A DNA stretch of 63,954 nucleotides, counting the filler, from Trypethelium eluteriae (lineage: Eukaryota): NCBI GenBank assembly GCA_051942245.1. It is 3 parts of 3 records of this genome, joined end to end, with 100 filler letters (N's around TTAATTAATTAA, not from the genome) between each part and the next. Parts side by side here need not be neighbours in the genome. Positions count along the whole stretch, not along the records: positions 1 to 21,355 come from JAVECL010000474.1; positions 21,456 to 42,742 come from JAVECL010000475.1; 1 more part is not named here. One strand, given 5' to 3'. Of the stretch, positions 12,417-22,190 are shown one piece after another. A model generated the notes under the pieces. That model made no database searches. It saw only the letters and a list, made by a program, of their open reading frames with translations, and was not told the origin of the DNA. The first letter of the stretch is position 1. Each line of letters opens with the position of its first letter. The position numbers and the translations under genes were made by a program.

Positions 12417-13450
12417 ATGCCTCGCGAGGCCGAAATCTCTTCGAATGAGCGCGAATTCATCCAACAAGCGCTTCACGAGGGAATACGAATAGATGGACGC
12501 GCCTTTGACGAGTTTCGACCCTTGAATCTTTCATTTGGCGACGAGTATGGCGTCGCCGATGCTCAATTGGGCAAGACAAGGTAGACTTTGTACAAACAGT
12601 TCTCTTTGGACAATTGAGTAATTAGTGAGACTCGCAGGGTTGTAGCGAAGATATCCAGTGAGGTCACTATACCTTTTCCGGATCGCAAATTCGATGGTGT
12701 CTTCACAATCACCACTGAACTCTCGCCCATAGCCTCTGCCTCATTCGAAGTCGGCCGGTATGTCTTGCATGTCTACATCTACCGTCCTTACAAGCTCTTG
12801 CCCCCACGTTTACGCTATCTGCAGAGCGCTCTAATTGAGTCATTAGTCCCACAGAACAAGAGTCACTTCTTTCCCGCCTCCTTGAAAAAGCCATTCGTCG
12901 CAGTAACGCTCTTGATACGGAGTCTCTATGCATCGTTGCCGGCTCGAAATGCTTCGCACTCCGTGCCGATATCCACGTCCTCGACTTTGATGGTGGCCTC
13001 GTGGACACTTGCTGCGTTGCACTGCTGGCGGCACTACGACATTACAAGAGGCCAGATGTCAGTGTTAATGGGGAAGATGTCAAAATTTGGGATGTCAGAG
13101 AACGGGAGCCAGTGCCGTTGAGCATCCTCCATTACCCCTTTTGCGTGACTTTCAGTCACTTTCGTGGAGTGGAGGGAAGTGAGCTTATGCTAATTGATGC
13201 GAATGCAGCAGAAGAGCAGTGCAGGGAGGGAGAGGTAGTAATGACGGTGAATAAGTATGGAGAGCTTTGTCAAATTGCCAAATACGGCGGAGCCACGGTA
13301 GATGCTATGGCTTTGCTAAACTGTGCTAGATTGGCGGCCGAGAAGGTGAAGGTATTGGACCGCTTTGTGACAACCAAATTCGATCAGGATGCCAAAAAGC
13401 GGGACATTGGCGGCTTGATGGCAGAATTGAAAGCAGAGAATGAGCGATGA
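12417..13450 (+). CDS. RRP45: RNA exosome core subunit Rrp45 (RNase PH family)
   Basis: ATG 12417, introns 12581-12637 and 12758-12846. Spliced product MPREAEISSNEREF...RIDGRAFDEFR...LEKAIRRSNALDTESLCIVAG...DIHVLDFDGGLVD. Confidence 0.95.
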
Positions 13451-13671
13451 TACTAATGACCTTCCCCCATATGCCTCTGAGCAGCCAAGAGGCAAGCGAA
13501 CATCAGGAACGAAGAAACACACGACGCTGATGCGAGTCTCAATCCAAACTCTTAGATTTCAGTGGAGCAGATCTCCATGCCAGCAGGATTGTCGGCCAAA
13601 CTAAGACACCACGCATCATCAATCCCAATATTCCAGGCCCGCTTGCAGCAACCTCAAGGCCAGGGATTGAG

Positions 13672-14142
13672 CTAATTTCCAAATGGCTTCTCACCAGAAA
13701 TGTTGCCCTTTGGATCATATCTTGCAACAATGAAGGTGCCCTTATCGCCCTTTGCTTTGCCCATGCCGACGTACGTTGTCGAATGCCACATGCATTGCGC
13801 TGCGAAACTCAGTCAATACAACAAATGTTCACGGAATCATATTCAGTACGTACAATAATGGCCCCATTCTCCAAAATTGCCCTCGCCGAACTTCTCGCCC
13901 TGGTACGCAGCCTTCTCGTCCAACCAGCAATTTACCGCGGCAGCGAAATCAGCGTTATCGGACGACCAGTACAGATTCTCTCCTCCAGCATCCGAATGTT
14001 GCATGACCCCTTTTCTGGCAAGCTCTTTCGCCCAGATTTTTGCTTGAGCAGCGAGATGGGGGGACCATTGGAGCGAAGCTAGGCCATATTCTTTGCGAGC
14101 TTCGTTGTGGAGCGCAATAGCCACTTTAGACTCTGACGGCAT
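13672..14142 (-). CDS. Small CAP/SCP (PR-1/PRY-like) domain protein
   Basis: HNEAR, GENLY, WLDE and GHYSQCMW motifs after removing intron 13800-13853; ends IVARYDPKGN. Start is uncertain because an in-frame acceptor lies just upstream. Confidence 0.88.
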
Positions 14143-14896
14143 TTCAAGCTTCCGAGTGGGATACTATGCTCGTTGTTCCAGGATAGCTTCCCTTCAGAAG
14201 CGTTGAGCTGCGGTATTAGTGTGGTACTGAATATATGTACCACGATCTGGTATCTTTTATGAGGGACCTGATAGCCAAAGTAAATACAGATACTCGCTAG
14301 AGAAAAGTAAATCGGGATGTTCATCAACAATCAAAAACAAGTAGAAGACATGGTTGTGTCGTGTGGAACCATGGAGGAAGTGGGGTCATTCAGCTACCTC
14401 ATGTGAATGACTTCCAAATTTCTTGGTTTCTGCATTCACGGAGCTTAGCAGCACCTTACCTTATACACTGTGTGACATAAGGAGGTAATTCTTGCCGAGG
14501 GGTAGCAAATAATGATTCACAGCCAAGGAACTCGACCAATTACGTCAAGGACCTATAGATCGTACGAGTATCAGGGTGGCACTTGGCAATGAGAAATGTT
14601 GGCGGGGCTGACGAGGTTGAATATCTTGCCAAGCGCGTTCCGTGCTGAACAAGACTGAGAAAGGGTGTTCATGAGATTTCCAGCGGGTTCTCTCTCAGTA
14701 TCTTGACGAGCTCTTCTCCTTACACGTGGGTAAGATTTTGTTGAGGGACCTCCAAAATTCGTGGAAGTATGAGAAATCAAAATACGAACCATAGACTCAA
14801 GTGCTGTAACGTCGACATTTCTTATTATATCCCCTGGTGGGATGCACTCAAATAGACGGCGTTGTCAACGATTAAACTTCAGGGATCTTGGCCTAG

Positions 14897-14958
14897 ACGC
14901 GTCCGGAAGACGCGTTGTAGACTCCCTGACGTCATTGAATGATGTCAGTTTTCGCGCC
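14897..14958. promoter_or_regulatory. Cluster of candidate cis-elements: two ACGCGT (MCB-like), TGACGTCA (CRE), TTTCGCG (SCB-like)
   Basis: ACGCGT at 14897-14902 and 14910-14915, TGACGTCA at 14927-14934, TTTCGCG near 14950; about 220-270 bp upstream of the oxygenase ATG. Confidence 0.3.
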
Positions 14959-15170
14959 AGCTATCATTCCTTATCCGTCCCATGAAGCTCTTCCACGACC
15001 GAGGATTCGTTCTTCATGAGTTAGACAGATCGCCAGTACAGAATCCTGAAGACCTAGGGATTGCTTTGTTTTGAAGGACCTACCTGCAAATTTTCGATCT
15101 AGAAGAACCCTGTCTATGGTCTCACCGTCCTTAACTTTCGTCAAGTAATCAAAAACCAAAGGTAGCAGTC

Positions 15171-16422
15171 ATGGCAGCACCCAATCCATCGCATCCGCCG
15201 ATTCCAGTTCTTGACCTTTCTCAAAATTTTTCCTCCTCTGATCGCAGTTCTCTCCTTACTCAGCTTCAAGACGCTCTATTTCACACTGGTTTCTTGTACA
15301 TTACCAACCACGGTGTGAACGAATCTACTATTAATAACCTGGTTGATAAACTTCCCCTCCTCTTTGATCTGCCTCCCGAATTGAAGAATGGACTCAGTAA
15401 GATGAATTCGCCGCACTTTCTAGGGTACAGCGGATATGCAGAAGAGACGACCCTGGGCAAAAAGGACCTAAGAGAACAATGGGATTTTGGTAGTGACGTG
15501 CCTGCAATCTGGAATTGTAGAGCAATTCACCCCGAAGCAAAAGGGATTGATAACTATGAAAGATTGTATTGGAGACTTCGAGGGCCAAATCAATGGCCAC
15601 CAGAAGATTGGATCTCAGGTTTCAGAGATGCTTATATGAAGTCAGCTATCTCTACCCATTGGGCTGTTGGCCTCTTGTAGCACGTGGACCCAATACTAAT
15701 ATTACCCGTATTTTTGCAGATACTATGCTGAAATACAAGATCTTTCGTATCGCTTTGTACATCTGGTTGAAGAGGCCCTTGGCATCCCTGTTGGTACGTT
15801 CGATAGCTTTTGGAAAGGTGAAATGCAACCACAACACCGGATCAAGCTCATCAAATACCCACCAAGATCACCGATCGCAAAAGGTGAAAAGGAAGAGCAA
15901 GGTGTCGGAGCCCATAAGGACTCTTCTGGCTGGCTAACGTTCTTGTACCAAGTTGGCAAGGAGGAGGGCCTGGAAGTGCTTGGCTCTGACGGGAAATGGA
16001 TTGAGGCCCCCCCGGTACCTGGTACCTTTGTGGTAAATTTTGGCAATGCATTCGAAGCCGCGACTGAGGGTGCAGTAAAAGCCACCGTGCACAGAGTGAA
16101 GGTACGAGCACTTCACTCTGTAGATTATCTTCAATGATTAATAATGAGACAGGCCCGAAGTCCCACATCTAGCCCAAGGTACTCCATACCCTTTTTCCAG
16201 GGTCTCCCGCTTGACATGACTGTCTCCGAGATCCAATCATACATCCCTCAATCTGTTCGTAACCTGCGAGCGCATGGGAAAGCGACAGATGGAGTCTCGG
16301 CCTTCCTTGATTCACGTTGGGATAGCCTTGGCGAGTCGCAACTACGCAAGTGGCTGCGAAGCCATGAAGATGTGGGGCGTAAATGGTATGGGAACAAGGT
16401 AGTTGAATATTATCTGCAATAA
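15171..16422 (+). CDS. 2-oxoglutarate/Fe(II)-dependent oxygenase (IPNS/DIOX family)
   Basis: Introns 15641-15719 and 16102-16152; DIOX_N-type IPVLDL...GFLYITNHG, HxD (AHKDS), distal His (ATVHRV) and RxS (RYS). Confidence 0.93.
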
Positions 16423-19374
16423 TCGAAAGCCAACCTACCCAATGCGGTGTTACAACTTTCGTCAACTATCCCACGGAGCCAGTGACTTCTTAGCAGTGAC
16501 TTCTGGCCATCCTGGTTTCGAAGTGGCAGACTCATACAACTATTCCGCAGTGCATTAAATCAATCGTGCCTTCCAGCCCACGTAATGCGCAATTTCGGGT
16601 AGGTGAGAGTATCCGAATTGTTGGAAACGTGGACGGGGCCAGTGCTTGGTCCAGGGGATGGCAGATCCGGGATCTTTTGAATATTCAGTACTGATTCTCA
16701 AGTTTCTGCTAATATTGCATTCGTCAGAACTAACATTGAATATGTACTCTATCAACAATGGGCCGATGAGCATCTGCTGACTTAGGTTTGTAAATGCTAT
16801 CCCTTACACAGTCCATTTATACCTACTTACCGTCGTCAGCGAAGACAATTGTGGAGAAAGCTTTCGGCCGGGCAACTCGAATGTTGCGAGAGATATTGTG
16901 TCCACTATAGTATGCCAGGTCACATGGGCTGGCAGGATACAATGAGTCGTAACTTCAGACAATCAAAGAAAATGTAAGATCGGCTGGTTAAGATACATTC
17001 GCTTGGGTGAAAGTGAGGCGTTCCTTCCAACTCCCTCCGTAATAAAGGCAGCTTCCTCGGGAACAGACCCGTCTGTCGCCCTGTCCTGCAGCACCGTCGT
17101 CAAGTGTGAAAGGATGAGGGTTGGGAGGCCTTCAAAAGCACTACAGTCGATATGAGCTCGTTTTGATAGTGTTACCTCTGCCCATGACATGGGTGGGACT
17201 CTCAGGTTGGTCTTTTGTACGGGCTCCAGTCATCTATGCTCGCCTCGATCGGATTGGCTCAAACACCGATTCTCTGAAATCGGCGTCCTCTTAGGCCGGC
17301 GGAGGGGGCAACTACTATTCTGTTACAACTGTGGAATAGGTAGGTGGCAACTTCCATTCAAGCAGTCGGTAGATGAAAGCAGGCATCTCTCGGCAATAGC
17401 AGTTGGAGCCTGCTTCAGAAGAGCTGCATATAAACTACCTGTTCCTCTAGGTCGAGGTCAATATCATCTCGATCTGCCCGATCCATACTAAATCCACTGA
17501 ATACGGCTTTTCTCCAAGCTGATACCTTGCATAATGACGCCCTGATCTTTATCTTGAAACACCGTCTTCCGATCTGAAATGAGCTTGCTCAGGCGCATCT
17601 TGCCACAAGTTTCACTACGGCTTACTTTGGGAGACAGTGGAGTACGCATGATCACTGGTAAGGCGCGGATTCCTTGGTAGCTAAGGCATCACGCTCGCGG
17701 AGTATCGCTATGTTCGGTTTATGTGACATGACCCTTGACAGTTAGGCCGTATCATCCAAGGGATCGTGGACGAGCAAGCCTCCAGTACAACGGCTAAAGG
17801 AGAAAAAGAAATGCCTCATGTAAACCCATCTGGGATGTTTCTATTAGATTTGGAAGTACTCCGTACAGAGCGTGTTCGATGGCTCTAAAGCTTGAAGGGT
17901 AATAGAACAAAGCTGAATACGAGTTGTTCAGGATTTTAGAGTTCGGTCAGATACCATTACCATTGGACTGTCGGGCTCTCGACATTCGTACTTGGTCTCC
18001 ATCGTTGGAGCCTAACAAGCGAATCAAAACGTGATTACTAGAACAGCGAATGCAACATCAGATGTTCCTTCCTTAGTAGTATTTGATGCTGATACATCCA
18101 TGAGTTTTGAAAAATTCGAAATGGAATCCATGGTATAGAGAATTACACTAAAACTTGGCGGTCGCTGTCGTGATCGACTCATTGGGCCTTCTAAGTTTTC
18201 AGCTGTCTCTCAAACCTTTCGGATTAATATTAAGAGCATCTCTCCTCAAGAGCACTCAGAAACAAAATCGACGATAGTCTGTGTCCAAAGAACTAAGATG
18301 CATTTTCTCATATCTCTGAACAGTTTTGACGAAATATTCGTTATTGTGGGCTAGAAGTCATCCGGTGCTGACTGCCGATCTACTGCAGTACCGTCAGGCC
18401 GTCATTCAACTAAACCAGTTTTTAGCCTCGCTCGTGCCGCTGATCCAGGCGTTGCAAAGCCTTGACTGCTGCTGCTTAGCCCGGTTACCTGTGATTTCCA
18501 GATGCACCAACTGGCAGGGAACCACGGGGTTCTTCTGCCGCTCCAATCCCCGGAATACTGTAAATGTCACAGTACTGTTCGGGTCCGACCGTCACTATAG
18601 TTAGAATCACATCTAGTCAATCTCACCAGGCAAAGCAAATCCTCAGATCCGTCTCGCATGAAAAAAAGTCCATCAGCGAGAATATTTTAATAGTTTCTTC
18701 GGCTGTACCCGTACGCTGGCCGTCAATTCTAGAGACAGCAATGGACTTTTAGAAGACTCGGTGCTGAATACTAGGATATTAATGTCACTCGCGGCTTAAA
18801 GTTCCAACATTGTCTTGTGAGCGTTTGCCGTTACGGCATCTTGCCTGTCTCTGCAGGACCCAGAGACGAGAAAGCCCCGGGCGGACTGACGTTAGGCATC
18901 ACAGATACTGCTGCCTGTATGTGCATAAAGTACGGAATGCGTCTAGAAGCAGTATCTTGGCCCGCGGGAGACCCGGTTCAGAGAGCGGGCCATTTTGTCG
19001 GATTCCAACGAATTTAGTCAGGACGAGCCGCGAACGACTGGAATCGCAAGTGCGTTGGGAAAAAACAATATGAGAGTCCTATTCGAGCTGATGCCCGGCT
19101 ATTTCTCCATGCGTTAGCGGTCGACTTTTTAGTCGGCACAAGTGCAGAATCAGGCCATAATTTGAAATGGGCTTCCCGCGCCGCTTTCCCGTCACGGCGT
19201 TGATTTGGTGAGGTAGGCTTACTCGTACTCAAGAGTCGCAAAGGTGCGCTGCTTTACCGTAGGTAGAGCACCGGCCAGGTGGTATCGCGCGAGACAGTCT
19301 GACGGGATGTGCGCAATGCTGCAATGCCCAAGGACCCGGTCAGCCGTTGGTCCGTTGTCCGTTGACGACCGTTG

Positions 19375-21340
19375 ATGCCCAAGCACTACCTCCAGGTTCA
19401 TGGGGAAGGAAGTCCGTTACGCGTTGTCTTGCTAAGCTATTGCTCCGTAATTAGAGAGAGACTTGTGAGGATCAGGGTGTATCGCACTGTTGTATCCAAC
19501 GATGTTGTCCGGTAGAGGAGTGTAAAGGATAAGGCCGGCAGATTTGAGCCACATTTAAGAGGGATTGGACTTATAACAAGGATTGCAGTATTGTACTTCC
19601 GAGATGATGCTCGGAGTGAGGCGAAGATCTTCCGGGCCAAGCCGACTCTTTTGGTGGCCCTGCAAAGTCGTCTGGGAAAGCACATCAATCACAGTTGGAC
19701 TTGAATTTACATGAACTACCTCAAGCCCAAAATGTTCGCGGAAAAAAAGGCAATTTATGCCCCACTAGAAGAAGCTTGGAACGTGATAAAAGGAGGATTT
19801 TTTTTTCGCCAGGAGAGGGGCCAGGATGTTGAATTAAGCGTTGACGGCGCCGCGGCTATTGCCGAGGTGACATTTGGTTGAGGCAAGTACTGCAAGGAGA
19901 GTTGCACCTTGCATCTGGAATTCGCTCCACTTCCAGGTTTTGAGATGATGCTTTGTCGATCATCCTGGTCCCGGCTAATTCGACGTTGCGACGGATGAGA
20001 CGTCTCCACGAAAACGACGACGATGTCATGGACCAGACGGCGGTTTGGCGGGCGTTTGGTACGACAGGTCATCCAATGGCTCGACCCCGGCCGTCTGCTT
20101 GGAGAAGTCCTTTCCGCGCTGGAGACGCAGGTTGTGGGATGCAGTCGCGTCTCCCAGGCGTCGTACGGGGCGCGCTATCGTGTGGGATTACTGTCTGCAT
20201 CCCCGGCTGCAGCAGAGCACTACGATCTGGCAGAGTGGCAGTTTATCAAGCCTGAGGGCTGCATCCAAAAAGCGCCGGGATCGTAGCTTGCAGCATCTGC
20301 TTCTACGAGTCGGCGGCTCAGGGCGGTGCTAGTTGCAGCCTGCACCTCTCGGCCCGCTGGCGAAAGAAACGAACAGCTTCACTAGAGCTGCACAAGCGCC
20401 GACTTGGCCAAGCTACTGCTGCTGCAAGAGGCACCTGTCCGGCGTCCTGGATATTACCTGCATTCCATGCAGCTGCTGAATCCTGGTCCCGACTGGTACC
20501 CGAACCTCCCCTCTCGTGCCTCCAGAAAATCGGTCTTCTCGCCAGATTCGGTTGTGGCCTCATCGCCGTTGACAACTGCTCAATGTTCGCACTGTTGTGC
20601 CTGTCTCATGTTGCCATCGTAGCAGCACATTTGTCCGAGCACACTGCATTGCCCTAGGGCCGGCCCTCTTGAATGCCTGCCAATCGCTGGTAGGTCGGGG
20701 GTTGATCCCTTTTTCTTCGATTGGAAGACTTCTCCACCAGCCTCTCTTACCCCCGAGCATGTCCTCAGAATCAGCACACCTCTGATCTATCTGCGACTGT
20801 CTCAGATGCATGGCAGAAAATCTCTGATCCGTGATCTATCGCCATCTTCGCCTTGAAGGTGTGCCACTATGCATATGGTTTGGTTTTGACCGCTAATCTA
20901 TGAGACTACACGCCTGACCCTTTCGCTTGACCTAGTGTGCACAATCCCTTGGGGATCTGCGTCGGGCATTGGGGTCACCACGAGACCCTAAGACCAGGAA
21001 ACTTCCTTTCGACCTGCATACAGTTGCGTAGCGGCGCATTGTTTGGAACCCGTGCAGACATCATCTTCGAAAGGTGATAAAGGACTTTCTCCGCACGCAT
21101 CCGTTTTGTGCGTTGTGTGCACAACACGACCAGAACCGGCGCTCGCTCTCGTCTACTGTGCCTCGCGCTCGCCAATTCTTTCGGGGATGCTCCGACGTTA
21201 CAAGACGAATATCACCCCGGTAGCGGATGCATGCTTGCGCTACATGACGACAGTTGAGCTTGCACATGCCACGAAGCTCTCCGCCTTCGCCGGTTCATCC
21301 GCGAGAGTCGTCGTCTCGTTCGCAAAGCATGGCTGAGACT
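19375..21340 (+). pseudogene. Probable decayed gene with ankyrin-repeat-like remnants
   Basis: One frame from 19375 to 20286 has only four internal stops. Downstream fragments in shifting frames resemble ankyrin repeats (AAAEHYDLAEW, AFHAAAESWS, NACQSLVGRG/GVDP, STPLIY, NPLGICVGHWGHHETLR, GLSPHASVL). Confidence 0.35.
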
Positions 21341-21355
21341 CAACGGCCTCCACTG

Positions 21356-21455
21356 NNNNNNNNNNNNNNNNNNNNNNNNNNNNNNNNNNNNNNNNNNNNT
21401 TAATTAATTAANNNNNNNNNNNNNNNNNNNNNNNNNNNNNNNNNNNNNNNNNNNN
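21356..21455. other. Assembly gap (100 bp) with an artificial TTAATTAATTAA six-frame stop linker
   Basis: N run with TTAATTAATTAA at 21400-21411; identical structure at 42743-42842. Confidence 0.98.
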
Positions 21456-21571
21456 GCTTCGACGAGTTAGTATATCCGGGCAATCCTCATGAGGCAAACA
21501 TCTTTGATAGGGTTGCTGGGGAATGCAGGGCTTACCTTGTCGCCCGAGGCGGAGTTGTTGGAGGAAGACAT
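21456..21571 (-). CDS. Possible 5' end of a gene running into the gap (exon 1 MSSSNNSASGDK)
   Basis: ATG 21571, 12 codons, strong donor AAG|GTAAGC at 21535, ACTAAC branch site near 21470, TATATATAAAA at ~21837-21848 upstream. Confidence 0.45.
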
Positions 21572-21643
21572 CTTGGACATCGAGTCAGTATGGTGATCAT
21601 GCATTGGAGCGAGCCTCATGAGGATACTCACTATTGTTGCTGC

Positions 21644-21781
21644 TGAGGTTGAGGTTGAGGTGGAGGTGGAGGTAGAGGTGGAGGTGGTGGTGGTAGTGGT
21701 AGTGGTAGTGGTAGTGGTGGTGGTAGTGGTAGTGGTAGTGGTGGTAGTAGTGGTAGTAGTAGTAGTGGTAGTGGTAGTAGT
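21644..21781. repeat. Compound microsatellite (TGAGGT/GGAGGT/GTAGTG/GTA)n
   Basis: Directly visible run of hexamer and trimer units that grade from one into another. Confidence 0.95.
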
Positions 21782-21877
21782 CGAGGATGCTTGAGGAAAT
21801 TTTGGAGGGCAAGAAGTATCTGGGGCTTCGCCGTGCTTTTATATATATCGAAAGACGCTAGTGGAGGAGAGAGTGAT

Positions 21878-22128
21878 ATTGATGAGAATGAATAGGATAT
21901 TCAATTATTGTCCAGTTGCTATTGTGACGCCGTTGATGTGCAGAGCTAGTGCCATGTGAATACTACCGTATTAATGCCTTGCGGACAATACAAGACAATG
22001 AAGTGAATTGATGAGAATGAATAGAATATCCAATTATTGTCTAGTTACTATTGTGACGCCGCTGATATGCAGAGCTAGTGCCATGTAAATACTACAGTGT
22101 CAATGCCTTGCTGACTATACAAGACAAT
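21878..22128. repeat. Near-tandem direct repeat, two ~122-bp copies (21878-21999, 22007-22128)
   Basis: Ungapped alignment with about 12 substitutions, mostly transitions. Confidence 0.93.
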
Positions 22129-22190
22129 ATTTACAACGAAGTGAATAGAAGAATACTACGCGCAGGAGGCTGTGCAAGTTTCAAGGGGTC

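Noticed and set aside
6684..16422. Possible secondary-metabolite cluster (CoA ligase plus 2OG oxygenase)
   Set aside because: No PKS, NRPS or terpene backbone, and no cluster regulator or transporter; the two genes are separated by housekeeping genes
21240..21355. Minus-strand frame ending ...SSTVVM-stop resembling an a-factor pheromone CAAX end
   Set aside because: The -4 residue is Thr, not Cys, so it is not a CAAX box
21597..21812. Poly-His/Tyr ORF (71 aa)
   Set aside because: Translation of the microsatellite from a non-ATG start; no other coding evidence
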